Positions 39,801 through 53,357 of a stretch of DNA of 64,000 nucleotides are shown here, in pieces. This DNA comes from Eledone cirrhosa. Lineage: Eukaryota. The notes under the pieces are model-generated. The model saw only the letters and a program-made list of their open reading frames with translations. It was not told the DNA's origin and did not search any database. Each line of letters begins with the position of its first letter. Position 1 is the first letter of the stretch. The translations under genes and the position numbers were made by a program. The stretch lies in assembly GCA_964016885.1 (NCBI GenBank), contig OZ024740.1, positions 356,376,001 to 356,440,000 on the forward strand. The letters are read 5' to 3'.

Positions 39801-42739
39801 GAAGTGTCGCTAGACATTTTCACGTCTTCTAAGACTGGCCAGCTAGCAGTCATATTGAGAGAGGAGTAAAGTTTTCCAACAACAATCAGAAACACAACTA
39901 TTATAGCAACCTGTAGAACACTACAGTTTGATTCAGGTTATGCAACTCACATATCATTTATTTCCTTGCACAGAATAAGCAACGTTGACGCATTACTATT
40001 ACAGCCACGTTTAGTTTACAATATTCGTGTTACAAGTTACAAGTCATTTCAGCTTATGCAGCATACAGTTGCGGGTTATTGCAGCTTAAATGGCTTTAAT
40101 CCACATGACACTGCAGCTGACAGTTTTCCATTCATTTTCTTGCATTACATTAACAGAATCTCTACCTCGAATGGGACTTTTCATTCAGTTACTATCAATA
40201 AAATGCATGTGACTAGCTGAATAATTATCAAAGCAATAAACCATTGCTGCCATATCCCATAAAAGAATGTTTATTTTCATCGTTTCATGTCACCCTGGGA
40301 GAAACAGTAATTTTTAAACACCCTATATAAAATATTTTCGACAGCTGAATTACTCAAGTATTTATATAAAGTATTTCCTGGACAGCATTTCTATTTCTCT
40401 CATATCTACGTTTAAAATTTCAGACATCTTCACTTCATGTCTTGCCGTTTAGTTCATATCTTTATTCCCAACCTTATATTATATTGAACTGTTATTTCAT
40501 ATCACTTTCAGTAATAATTACCCCCAACCCCTACGTAGATGAAAGTAGAAAGTAAGGATATATATATATAATGCTAAAATCTCTGAAAAAGTACCCAATG
40601 ATGTGTTCATCAATACCATAAATGATTTGAAAAGCAATGAAAAAGCAACATAAATACACGTCCATACGAAATTTTCTTTTAAATTTTACAGAGATATCAA
40701 CTATTTCGTGAAATTTAGTTCTTTGCCACTAAATCCCAAAGATCTATTCTTAAAGCATATGAACTAATAATTGTTGATAATTTTATAAAGAAAATACACG
40801 TACAGATATTCAAGGAATTTGAGACTCGCTATTCAAAGTTCCTTGCACTCGATCCTTATGCAACTGAAATTTTAAAGCCTAGATTGCTTATTAAGTTTCG
40901 AATATACATCATAGATTATGCCACTGACCCTAACATAAATGAATATTTTCTTTCATATATTTCTATATTACTAATATCCCCACAATTATGATATAAATAC
41001 AAATTCTGTCATGATAAAACGTTTTAATATATGAAAGTTGCTATTTAAAAATAATAAAGGATTTGGAAATCTAAAACTTATGACATTTTCATGAACACAT
41101 TTCTTTGAAAGTTTCTTTTCTCTATTTAACAAAAAATTAAATCCACTCAACTATTTCTATAATCAGTATTCTGTTTATGCTTTCCATTTAAGCTATTTAA
41201 ACGCTACTTTTGGCGACTGTCTGTTATAGTTTCACGCCACTCCTAATAAATGTTGCTTCCAGTAAAACAAAACATTTCATTGTAATGTATTTTCTCTAGA
41301 AAAATAATGCTGGCTTTGATAGAATTTTCCCAAGAGGTTTTCTTTTTAATTATAGCAAAATGATTTACAATAATGGTAGGAATTTTATTCAAAGCTTACA
41401 AATAGAAAATAATCTTTTCATGGACACTGAACATCCTAACAATGCATTTTACTATCAAGTGCTTACATATATAGATGATACGATGAAAAAGTTACATTTG
41501 TTTTACCAGACATACATTGATACTAATAACTTCTTGCGATAAGATTTCGAGTTAATAAGCGTTGAGTCTGGATGAGTAACTGCTAGGGAACTCGGCTAAT
41601 GTAAGTATCTACGAGCCAACGAGGAAGTTTTTCTGCTTGATTTACCTTCATGTTTGAAGCTCCATTTATTATAGGTCTGCTGAAATAGTACTTACCTAAA
41701 TAACAACTTCTTTGACTTGTAACATAAACTTATATAATTTCAAGAGATAATAATCATTGTAACTACGTTCAATGTGATTTGTTCAACGGGGATTTGAGAG
41801 TAGAAAGCTATATAGATAGATAGGAACATTTGTGGGGTGTATATGAGTATGAAGAGGGAAACATCAAATATTAAAGTTAGAGGTTAAAGTGCAATATTAA
41901 CATTCGTGTATTAATTCTTGTCCAGATACTATGGAGCGATAATCTGGATATACCAAAATATCAGGATATGCTGTCCTTCGTGCCTACAGATTTCGAGTAT
42001 TTCAGATTTAGAATTAATAATGTTTGTCTGGTTTACATAGACGATTAACAGGGATTAAATCAAATTTTGCTTTCATTCATATATAGTAGCCTAGGTCTTT
42101 CACGTATTTTCCACACGTTACCTTATTTGGAGATAGTAGTTTTTAAGGACAAAATACAGCTGGAAAAAAATTAATCATGTATCATTCCTCTATATTTCTA
42201 AAGTTAGATAAGAAGTTAGTCTCTTAAGCTTTTCTTGAGTCATACATATAAATCCTAAGAATGTATTATTCAGTAATATGCAAGGAAAGGAGAAAACATG
42301 ATTAATAGTGCAGGGAGAAAACAATTTAACGGAATATAAATTTTGAATATGGAAGAAAATGAATTTTGCGTTTTTTGTTTCAGTTATATTTCAGTTAGAA
42401 AACCTTTTATATAACTGAGTTATTCCTCTCTAATACATATTTTCCATCCCGGAAATATTGGATTTAAATTCAAAATCGAGAGGTAGGAACAGTATAGGTT
42501 ATCGTCTTATTAACTCTGTCATTTTCTTTTCGTGTTAAATTATATCTGATAAATATTTTCCACCAACGAATAACAAAAATTATTCCTCATATGAAAAATC
42601 AATTATATTTATCTGTTAGACAGGCAGTGACTAACAACAGAATGTTTTAAGTCTGCGTGTCTGACATATGCGGAGCTTGTGAATAAAAAATTCAAGCGGT
42701 GTCGCTGGCCGTGGTGATGATCGCTGCCAAACATGTTTT

Positions 42740-42917
42740 GTAATGTATCGTCTTATTGGCTAATTTCATCGTCTTATTGGCTAAACATCCAACGAGAGTA
42801 AGTGTTGCTCAAAAGCATCCGCCATTTTGTTTGCACGTTTATTTATCGTTTCGCTTTCGAATCTTCCTCCTGTATTTCGTCGTCTATCATCAACATATTT
42901 TTCTCGTTTTGGTAAGT
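42740..42917 (+). promoter_or_regulatory. Candidate TATA-less promoter with non-coding first exon
   Basis: Duplicated atcgtcttattggctaa (two inverted CCAAT boxes), YY1-type ccgccattttg at 42819, splice donor G|gtaagt at 42912, then AT-rich intron-like sequence. Confidence 0.45.
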
Positions 42918-43359
42918 TATATTGTTAATGTATATATGATTTTTTAAATTTATATTAACTAATTTTTTTTCAGTTCGTTATAACATGCTTATACTGTTGG
43001 TTGTATCATATTTACTTGTATATTTGTCCATATTATTGTTCGTTTTATGTTAGATTATTTTATTATTATTATGTAAGATTTTTTTTTTATTAATATGTTA
43101 GACTATTTGTATGTAATAATTAATTTTTATTAATTCAACTATAATTTAATATCAACTATATTTATTTAATATTGATTGTTTTTTTGTTGTTGTTTATATT
43201 AAAAGTCTGAAAATATTTTTATACATCTTACAATAATATATATAAGATCATTTATAAAATAACAATTATATAATCTAATTACATTACAACGATAATTTAT
43301 TATTAATATATATCATGTTTAACTAGAGTTATTACAAGCGTTGCCTTAAAAAATATTAA

Positions 43360-43808
43360 ACTAGACCTGAAAAATGTGCAAGCTCAAAAGAGCCACAGAA
43401 TGTTATAATAAACCTTCAAAAGTCTGGGACTAGAGTTGCTGCTAAAAAATATTGTAATCATTATCTATCGTACATTCTGTGGCATCCTTTTATAAAAAAA
43501 AAGAGACCCATAATGAACTCAAGATGACACGATAATTATTTAAGTGAATTTATAATATAGAATTCGGTTTAAGTGCATTTCGTATTAATCATTACTAAAC
43601 ATCTAATATGAGATATTGAACATTAGCTTAAATAATTATCGTGTCGTCTTGAGTTCGTTATGAGTCTCTTTTTTATAAAAGGATGCCACAGAGTGTACGA
43701 TTGATAATGATTACAATATTTTTGAGCAACAACTCTAGTCCCACACTTTTGAAGTTTTATTATAACATTCTGTGGCTCTTTTGAGTTTGCGCATTTTTCA
43801 GGTCTAGT
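43360..43808. mobile_element. MITE with about 185-bp terminal inverted repeats
   Basis: actagacctgaaaaatg...gataattatttaag mirrored by cttaaataattatc...catttttcaggtctagt; possible TA TSD. Confidence 0.85.
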
Positions 43809-46697
43809 ATTTATCTATGCTTCGTATTTAACGTTAAAACATCAGAAGTGAACGCAAGAAAAAGGAATTCAGTACCGATATTAAAAAGTTAACTATGCAA
43901 ATAATGTTGAGGTTCAGCTAGAAATCAAATACACACATATTTACTTGCTAATATATATAATTATATATATGGTATAATATACAGAATGTTTATGAAAAGC
44001 TCAAGCACAATTCTATAAGGATCTAGCTTACGTTAGCTTCAGCAAACATAGGGAGACATGTAATCTCTATAAACACTAACAAGTGAGAAACGAGTGCATT
44101 GTCGATTACTTCCTCATGTTTTTGCTGAAGCTAGGTGTGTGACGACGGTCACAATTTAAAAATTTATAGTCAAAAGCCTCAAATGGTTTTCATAAACATA
44201 TATTATTCAATGTACAATGCGTACATTTCTATGTATATCGCTATGTAGGAGCATTAATACAAATATATACATTGGGGGCTCATGCTGCAATAAAAAAACG
44301 CACGCATCTGTTGGGTTTCACTTCATTTTATTGTTATAATTTCCCATGTCGGTAAGTTTAATAGCAAGATGGTTGTTTAGTTGTTTCTTGTCAAAGCTCA
44401 TTCGTCACACATTGTGTGACCTCCTGAAGTAGTAATTTTGTTGTTACTTTGTGTTTTATCTTTGTTCTGTCTAACACCACCTTGATTTTGACGAATATGA
44501 TTTTGAATACAACTAATATATCATAATTTGATTTTAACCCTCAAAAATCTGCGTCCAAATCCCACCAGAATCGACATAAATTTTTATTCTTTCCGATTTT
44601 CTGAAATATGTAGCAGTAATTCACTGAGTCAATACATTCAACAAAATATACTCCCTTTAAAGAATTATGTCTCATGGCATTCTTAGCTACACAATAAAGA
44701 TAAATTAAATCATAATTACATAGCAGTTCAATAAAAGAAATTACATTCAAAGTTGTATAATCGATAAGGTGTTGAATTACAATTTCGCGTTTCATCATTT
44801 ATAATCCTCGTCTGCATTTCATAGTGACTTTGAATAGAACGTCTTAATTTTGTATTCCTCTGCTTCCTCTACTTTATTGGAAAATGACTTCGGATTATAT
44901 AATTATGTTATCTGTATTAGAATTATAATCATTTTTAATCACTCAAATGTTTAAAACGAATTAATAAGATGTTTAACTACATCTTACGGAGCATTTATCG
45001 TCACGTTTGATAATACTTGAGAGTTATGCTAATAATGGCTTGCAATATAATTTAGTCGATTGTGGAAAGTATTACAATATACAGAACAAGTACCCCAAGA
45101 TTTGAAAGAAATGTATGTTTTCACTCCCAGGCAGTAATCACTTCACTTTTCACAGATTCTACTTCTCCCTTTTCTTGAATATAAATTATCTTGCTCTTAG
45201 TTAAAAGTAAACTAATATAACTTACTTGCTCTCTTATTCACAAGGAAAATAAGGTATTCATCAAATGTTACAGTGGTCAATACACAAAATTACTAGATAC
45301 ATTAATTTTGTAAATTCTCAAGGTAATAGTCATTTCAACTGACAAAATATAACCCTTCATCATGACCATCTTATCAACAATTTGAATAAGGTTTTCAAAA
45401 GGACACTCACCATATTACACATATCTTACTCATACAAATGGTTTTATTGGTGGGGAGGAAACAAATAAATTCTCAATAGTTGCCTTTGAGACATTGTCAT
45501 TTAAATTACCATAATAATCCTCATTTTCTATCAAAAGTGTTGACCTTTGTAATCCTTTTGACACCAACGCCTCCCCAAAGCGGCCTTTAAAGTGTTCATA
45601 CATAAATTAAAGCTTTCCAATATAATTTCATATAAAGTTGTTTTGCGATGTTACAATTCCCACCATAAAGAAATTATAGTCTCCCTTGTCTCCGTTGCCG
45701 TCCTCCAGCATTCTGTCCGCCGGGGCTGTGGGGAGACAAGCCGATCATATTACGAATTCTATTGAATAGTCTTAAATACGATTGTTAATTAACTTATTGC
45801 TTATATGTTTCTTATGTTAAAGAATCAGCTTAACCAAATTCATCTCTGGTACTGTTTGAAATATAGGTTTTTGCACTGAATTTTAGGAAATTACAAGCAA
45901 ACACGACTTACATAATGAATAAAGAAATTATAGTTATAGTAAGACCTTCCCCAATTGTTCATTAACTAACAAAATAAATAGTATTTCATTAGAAATACGG
46001 CAAGGAAAGTGTTAATAAAACTGTCAATCACTTAGTAAGCCTTCTATTCAAAGATTGATAAGCAACTAGATGTGTGTACACAGCATGGACACAAACGCAT
46101 GTGATTATCATATAATTCAAAAGTATTAAATAGTCTTAACTGTTCAATACATAAAACGCTAAATATACCCAATGGTATTATCTGCGATAATATTTAGGTT
46201 TTCAAAAGAAATATAAATCTATGATAAATCTTATTTCTCACAGTGTTATATAAAAGAAATTCTTTATTCTTTGCTCGTTCGAACATCTCTTAATATGAAG
46301 TATAAGACATTCAGATTGTTTTAGGTTGAAGGAGTATATGAGTTCCGTGATGTTAATTTGGCTTAGTTACAGTATATGAAGGCAACATCGGTACTGTTAC
46401 AAAAATAAGTCAAGTGATTTCAGCACTCAGAAATGCACACAAATGCACGCGTCTATGGATGTGCATTCGACCGCATGTGTGTTCACGTATGGGTGTATAT
46501 GACTCTTGTTGATAAATTGTGTTCAAATCTTGATTTATGCATAGTTATTTTTATGTGATTAGAACATATATAGTAATGTTCGTATATATAGACCTGTAAC
46601 ACCAGACATAATAGTAAGGGCGCCGTAATGAGGTCATTTTCTTTCCTATTCCTTCTGAATGTTTGAATGCGACTGAATTCTTCCAGAGAAGAAGAGG

Positions 46698-46960
46698 ATA
46701 GAGATAGAGATAGAGATAGAGAGAGAGTGTGTGTGTCAGAGAGAGAGAGAGAGAGAGAGAAAGAAAGAGAGAGAGATATATAGGGGGAGGGGGTTGCCGG
46801 AGAGAGAGGGGGAGTGACAGAGAGAGAGAGAGCGAGAAAGAGAGATTGGCAGAGAGAGAGAGGGGGAGGGAGAGAGAGGGAAAGTGGAAGAGAGTGACAA
46901 AGAGAGAGAGAGAGAGAGAGGTAGAGAGGGAGAGAGAGGGAAAGTGGAAGAGAGTGACAA

Positions 46961-47015
<55 letters not shown>
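46698..47015. repeat. (GA)n-rich low-complexity tract with an internal duplication
   Basis: Direct inspection; gagagagggaaagtggaagagagtgacaaa occurs twice. Confidence 0.9.
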
Positions 47016-47023
<8 letters not shown>

Positions 47024-47511
47024 GAGAGAATGAAGGAGAGATTGAGAATGAAGGAAAGAGATATACGGAAGAATCGACCTCAGTATTATACTGGTACTAT
47101 ATTTATCAAAAGAATGAAAGACAAAGCTGACTTTGGAGGGATTTCAAGAGTGCACAGTGGCAGAATAAACACCGTAAAGTAAAGCATGCTATCCGACAAT
47201 CTAATAACATTTGAAATATCTGTAAGCTTTGTTGTTGTATTAGTGAATCGATTTTAATGTTCTTTTACGATCAAAGTCTGTTATTTATCATTTGCTTTTA
47301 TGAATAAGCAATACTATTGAATGTGATTGACTATATTCGAAAAATAAAACACTGGATCTTTGAATCTGTAATGTTATGTTAAATCAATGTAGAAGGATCC
47401 GAAAATAAAATAATATAAACAGTACATAATCTAAAAATCAGCGTAAACCGAAGGAAATAATTTTAGTTTTAAATGTATGTTTGTATGTATATATGTATGT
47501 ATGTTATATAT

Positions 47512-48282
47512 GTCAGGTCACCAGTTGGTGCTACTGGTAACATGTATCCCAGTACAACCTGTCTCATGGTCGGGTCGTTGGCGTCTAAACTGCCAACCCC
47601 ACCAAGGTTTCTTGGTGAGGAGGGTGACTTTGGACATCCTGCAGGACTAACAACAAAAGAGAAAGGAGCTCTTAAGTGTCAATAGCTATCTAAAATCACC
47701 GGGAGAGATGACCCCTTAGCCTTTGTCAAGGCAGAATTCTAGGAGAAGGAAAACTCTGATATAACACCTGCAACCCTGATGGTATCCAATGATGTTGACT
47801 TTTAATTATTTTTGGTAAATATCATCTTGGTTAAGAGAGTGGGACTGGCTTTGTGCAGTGCCTTTGCTCACTATAAAAGCTTCACGGCACAGACACTGTT
47901 TATATATGGAGATCTCTCTGCACTTGTCGTCTCATGGTACCATGGGCCCAGCACTATGTGTCAATAATTGTCACAAGTGTAGTGTTTGTACCAGAGTTTT
48001 CAAGTCGCTGGCTGGACTAAAAGTCACACTCGTTCAGCGCATCGGTAGGGGTTCTCCTACATGGATATAAAGTAGTGGCCGTACTCGAAAACGAGTTGGC
48101 AGCCACCATGTATGTTATAGCTACTGTCGCTCAGAGAGTGGGATTGGCTCAGTGCACAGTCTTTCCTCACTTTAAAAAATATCTTCACGCACAGGCATTG
48201 CACGATACAATTAATTAATAATTATTAATAAAGGTATATCATGCAATGGCCATACTCGATAACGAGGGCGCAGCCATCATGC
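47512..48282 (+). mobile_element. Non-autonomous RTE-derived element, longer copy, with a second RTE-type tail
   Basis: RTE-like 5' UTR, zinc-finger remnant, tails ggccgtactcgaaaacgag..cagccaccatg and ggccatactcgataacgagggcgcagccatcatg, then (TATG)n. Confidence 0.8.
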
Positions 48283-49124
48283 ATGTATGTATGTATGTGT
48301 GTATGTATGTATGTATGTATGTATGTATGTATGTATGTATGTATGTATGTATGTATGTATGTATGTGTCTTATCTATAGTTAAACCGTTTCGTATTTCGC
48401 TTCACAGTCATGAAGTACCTACTGCATAGCATTTCGGGAATGTCTCTTTTCGTATAACCTCAAGTCGAGTAAACACGTAACTCCTGCTGGTATCGGCCTT
48501 GCTCAAGAAACTATTAATTATTCGGTCAGTCATGTTCTCGCAAATAAATGAACATTTATATAAAATACTTGGCGTCGAATTAACAGAGTCGTTAGAACGT
48601 CGTATAGAATATTTCGGTTCTCTGCTGTCTGAGTTGAAATCCCACCGAGGTCAACTTTGCCTTTCATGTTTCATGTTACCGCATTTAATGAAGTTAAGAT
48701 TTGTTAACCAAACAGAACTATAGTATTGTGAAAATATACTAGCATTAGGTTATTACACAATCCTGGTGCAAACCTTATGGCAGGTATATAAACGCTGAAA
48801 TATCAATGTGGACAATGCAGTTGATGCATTTTATCGCGACAATATAGTGACAACTTAATGTTTCATATTATGAGACCTCCTCATGTATGAAAAGTACTGT
48901 TATTCTGTTATTCCTAGCTACAAACATATACATGTCAGCTCCTGCAGAAGTTATCAATAGTACATAAATATTGACTTTGCGGGAAGGAATTTAACTATGT
49001 ACATGACATCCCCAAACCATTGACAACTCCCTGTGTCAGACAAGAAAAACAACACATTTTTAGGATTGTTTGATTTAATATTTCTGCTTTTTTTTTGTTT
49101 TGACTGCATGCCCATATATGGACT

Positions 49125-49232
49125 GTACCTCTTGATCAGTTCAGCTAGATTCCCGCCGTTCTAATACTGCTGGCTTAGTTCGGATCTAGCTGTCGAAACG
49201 GTCGGAGCCCAGCCGTCGGGGTCCGGACTCTT
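49125..49232 (+). ncRNA. Degenerate hammerhead-like motif
   Basis: TTGATCA-gttcagctagat...atctagctgtc-GAAA-cgg-TC; stem I weak. Confidence 0.35.
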
Positions 49233-49235
49233 TCC

Positions 49236-49414
<179 letters not shown>

Positions 49415-49489
49415 AACAAGTAGGACCCCGACGGCTGAGCTCAAGCCGTTTCGACGGCTAATTCAGGACTATATATATATATATATATA

Positions 49490-50620
49490 TATAATATAAG
49501 ATCAAAAGATGGTTAAAGGAGTTCAATATATTTTATTATGCGCATTTCAAAAACAAACATCATCAAACAATAATATTTGTGTTTTCATCAGATAAAACAG
49601 GAGAACATGATATGAAGGCTAAAAAAACACTTGTTGATAGTGCAGTTTTAAATCAACATATGAAAAGTGGTTTTAGATTGATGTGTGATATTGGGAAAAA
49701 TATTTTATTTAGAGAGGGGGGGAGAGAAAAGGATGAAAAGGGAAGGAGATGAGAGGGAGAGATGGGTGATAGAGAGAAAGAGATAGTTTTTATAACAGAG
49801 AGGAGATATATTTTATATAGAGGGGTTGAAAACCGTTGGAAGATACTGTATAAATTAAAAATTTTGAAAATTAACGAAGGGAGGATATGTGCGAGGAAAA
49901 AATATATTATATTTAGGGAGGGGTGGGGGTGGAAAGGATGAAAAAAAGGGAGGAGATGAGAGTGAAGGTGGAAAGGGAGAGATGGGTGATAGAGAGAAAG
50001 AGATAGTTTTTATAACTGAGAAAAAGATATAATGTTTTAATATAGAGAGGTTGGGAACCGTTGGAAGATAATGTATAAATTAAAGGAATTTGAAAATTAA
50101 CGAAGGGAAATTATGTATGGAGATAGAGAGAAAAAAATAATAACGAAGGGAGATTATGTATGGAGATAGAGAGAAAAAAATAATAATTGTGGGTGAATAT
50201 TCTAACGTCAAAAGGAGAAATGTAGGAATTTTAAAATTAGCAAAGAGAAAAAGTTTATGTGTAGGATTTGAGAAAAATAATGTGAAGTTAAAGTTTTTAT
50301 ATTGAATTCATATGTATTAATAATGAGTTCGTTGATGGGGAGAAAAAAATAATAATAAATTAAGGATGAAATTGAGATTAAAAAGATTTATGATAGAGAG
50401 AAAAAATAATAATGATTGCGGATGAATACTCAAAATGTCAAAAACAAATGTTATTGTTTTACGAGGAGATATAATGAGGGTGATGAGTAAAATAAAATAT
50501 ATTGAACTCCTTTAACCATCTTTTGATCTTATATTATGCATACTCCAGTCCCACAAACTGTAGAGTGCTTCTTATCCGATATCTGCATTGCTTTATTGTA
50601 CTACAATAAAACTCACCTCC

Positions 50621-50625
<5 letters not shown>
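49490..50625. mobile_element. About 1.1-kb HHR element with inverted terminal segment and internal tandem repeats
   Basis: 49490-49530 is the reverse complement of 50499-50537; internal duplicated purine-rich blocks. Confidence 0.75.
49530..49598 (-). ncRNA. Canonical type I hammerhead ribozyme
   Basis: Reverse complement: gttttat-CTGATGA-aaacacaaatatta...tgatgtttgttttt-GAAA-tgcgca-TA^ataaaat; all core nucleotides intact. Confidence 0.85.
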
Positions 50626-50694
<69 letters not shown>

Positions 50695-50695
50695 C

Positions 50696-51032
50696 AGGAT
50701 AAGGAACAAGAAATCAGTGTTGCATCATAACATATTTAATAACATATTACATATGTTTCACTATCGATAAGCTCGAGGCAAGACCTATGATAGATCGAAC
50801 CTGATTCTGTAATCGGAAGATCGTCAGATATGCTTGCTATATGAACTCGTCTCCGATTCTATGTCGGAGAATCGGAGACGAGTTCATATAGCAAGCATAT
50901 ATGATGATCTTTCGATTACAGAGTCAGGTTCGATCTATAATAGGTCTTGCCTCGTGCTGATCGATAGTGAAACATATGTAATATGTTATTAAATATGTTA
51001 TGATGCAGCACTGATTCCTTGTTCCTTATCCT
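50696..51032. mobile_element. Near-perfect palindromic element (about 165-bp arms) with an HHR in each arm
   Basis: Arms mirror around 50861-50867 and differ by scattered substitutions. Confidence 0.9.
50742..50833 (-). ncRNA. Type I hammerhead ribozyme, canonical core, long stem II
   Basis: Reverse complement: gcatat-CTGACGA-tcttccgat...atcgatagt-GAAA-catatg-TA^atatgt; the mirror copy at 50895-50986 has C3>A. Confidence 0.8.
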
Positions 51033-51115
51033 TATAGTATTATACTCTTCTCTGCGCGAGCATCGAGTGCTCAACCACCATAACGCCTACGGACGCAATT
51101 TTCTTGCAACCATAA

Positions 51116-51194
<79 letters not shown>

Positions 51195-51197
51195 ACT

Positions 51198-51274
<77 letters not shown>

Positions 51275-51937
51275 AAGAGAGAGAAAGAGAGCGAAATAGA
51301 AGAGAGTGAAGGGGGTATAGAAATTTAAATAAAGTGTGAAAGAGCAATGTATAATGATATTCAATGGTGATAACTTAATTAAATTTAAATAAATTTAATT
51401 TATAAAATATAATTTTAACTTAAAAATTACGGAAGTCAAATGAATGGTATAGAGGGAATGAATATGGGCAGATACATAACCTGACAATGAACATTTCGTA
51501 AAGAAGATTGCTATATAATTAGGTATTATTTGATAAACAGAACAGAACAAACGTAAAGGACATGTTTGAAATTCAGAGAGGATAAAGGGATAAAACTTAA
51601 GATCCATGATTACGTTTAATATATATATTAACACATTTTATAAACAAGGGAATATAAACACACAAGGATGAATATCACAAGGAATATTGTAATTGTCACG
51701 ATACATGCAATAATTAATTAAAACAAATATTTATATTTAAATGGACAGATTAAATGGAGCATGACGAATTAATTATAAATTGCAAAGATAACAAATAATA
51801 ACCATTTGAATTAGTAAATTATACACAGACAGAGACACAGATACAGACACACACACACACACACACACGCACACACACATACACACACACACAGACACAC
51901 ACACATACACGCATATATATATATATATATGTTAGTA

Positions 51938-52158
51938 ATATGGTTTCCGATACGGGCATAAGGCCAGCAATTTTAGGGGGAAGGGAAACGGAAAGTCGAT
52001 TAAATAGACTCCAGTGCATTACCAGAAATTTATTTTATCGACCCTGCAAGGATGAAAGACAAAGCTAAGCTCGGTGGGATTTGAAATCAGAATGTAATGA
52101 GCCGTAACTTTATGCCACCAAGCATGTCGTCCGACGCTCTACCGATTCTGCCAATCCA
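51938..52158 (-). mobile_element. tRNA-derived SINE, main family (long-tail variant)
   Basis: Reverse-complement consensus match. Confidence 0.82.
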
Positions 52159-52239
52159 TATAATAACAATAATAACATTTTTTTTCCGATTTGTAAGTGA
52201 AGCGTGTTAATTGGCCTCAGATCAGTCCCTGATCTCAGA

Positions 52240-52610
52240 GGCTCAATATATCGCGTAGAGTTCAGGCAGTGCTAGTGATGGTAGAAATTTAGGCACTGTC
52301 TATGAAGTCAGGGACCCGAAGGCTTTTGAGGAAAGACGTTTAGGGACAGTAGCTAGCACCCCAATAACGATTGGAACAACCTCTGTCAAAAGATCTCAAA
52401 ATGATGATCAGCTCTAATAAATAGCACGTTTAAAGTCTGCATACTTATTGATCTTTTCCATTTCCCTTTTAGCCACACTGTGGTCCTGAGGGATCACAAT
52501 ATCTGTTAGAGGGTTGTTTGATTTTACAACAATTTCAGGGTGGTTGTGTGGGACTTAGATTGTAGTCTTTATCTCAAGGTCCCAAAATAACTCTACTCCT
52601 TCACCTCATA
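52240..52610 (-). pseudogene. Decayed RLE-type LINE C-terminal fragment
   Basis: VELFWDLEIKT..HNHPEIVV..DIVIPQDHSVAKREMEKINKY. Confidence 0.65.
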
Positions 52611-52870
52611 AGTGGATTCAAAAGGAGTATGTTTGTACCACTGACATTGTTTTTATGTTGTATTTCTTTGTGTGTGTCTATTTATGCGTGTATGTGTATG
52701 TGTGCGTATGTGTGTGTGTATGAGTGTGCGCTGCACTTATGGAGGTGTTATTCTTCTCTCATAGAGACTAATGTCGTGACACGGTATTATTTGTTGAACT
52801 CTTTTGTAAGTCCGACTTTGATTAATATGAGTACAAATGTTCACATCTAAATCTTATGTTCAATCAATCA

Positions 52871-52940
<70 letters not shown>

Positions 52941-52947
<7 letters not shown>

Positions 52948-53200
52948 ACTAGAGATTGGTTAACATATAAATAAACAAGTCTCCACTACTGTGGTTTACC
53001 ATCTGATTAATTGGTGAGATATATTTCTTTAATGGAATATATACAGGGAAGATTAATCATATTATAAGGTATCTATTTTTGAAGTTCTGGTCAACTTTAT
53101 TTAGTTACCTACCTAGCTATGTGTGGTTACACACTTGTAAAAATTATCTCCTGTGATTATTCATGTTTATTTATATGTTAATCAATCTCTAGTTATTATA
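52941..53200. mobile_element. Small (TA)n-associated element with 37-bp inverted ends
   Basis: tataataactagagattggttaacatataaataaaca / tgtttatttatatgttaatcaatctctagttattata. Confidence 0.65.
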
Positions 53201-53322
53201 AAATGTTCGGACCTACTCGTTAGAATCTTAGTGCTTATTTTGCGGGTGATATGGTGCATGTCTTTCTGGCATGACACCCATAATTTTGATTTAGATTAAA
53301 TTCATTTGATTTATCTTAATTT

Positions 53323-53356
<34 letters not shown>

Positions 53357-53357
<1 letters not shown>

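Noticed and set aside
44030-44135. Short inverted repeat tagcttcagcaaacat / atgtttttgctgaagcta
   Set aside because: Probably a tiny decayed MITE; too short to classify and no clear TSD
45330-45745. GC-richer patch that might be coding or a transposase remnant
   Set aside because: No sustained ORF or recognisable motif on either strand
50696-51032. Long palindromes as pure assembly or chimeric-read artefacts
   Set aside because: Arms differ by multiple substitutions and indels, implying real aged insertions; read support is still worth checking
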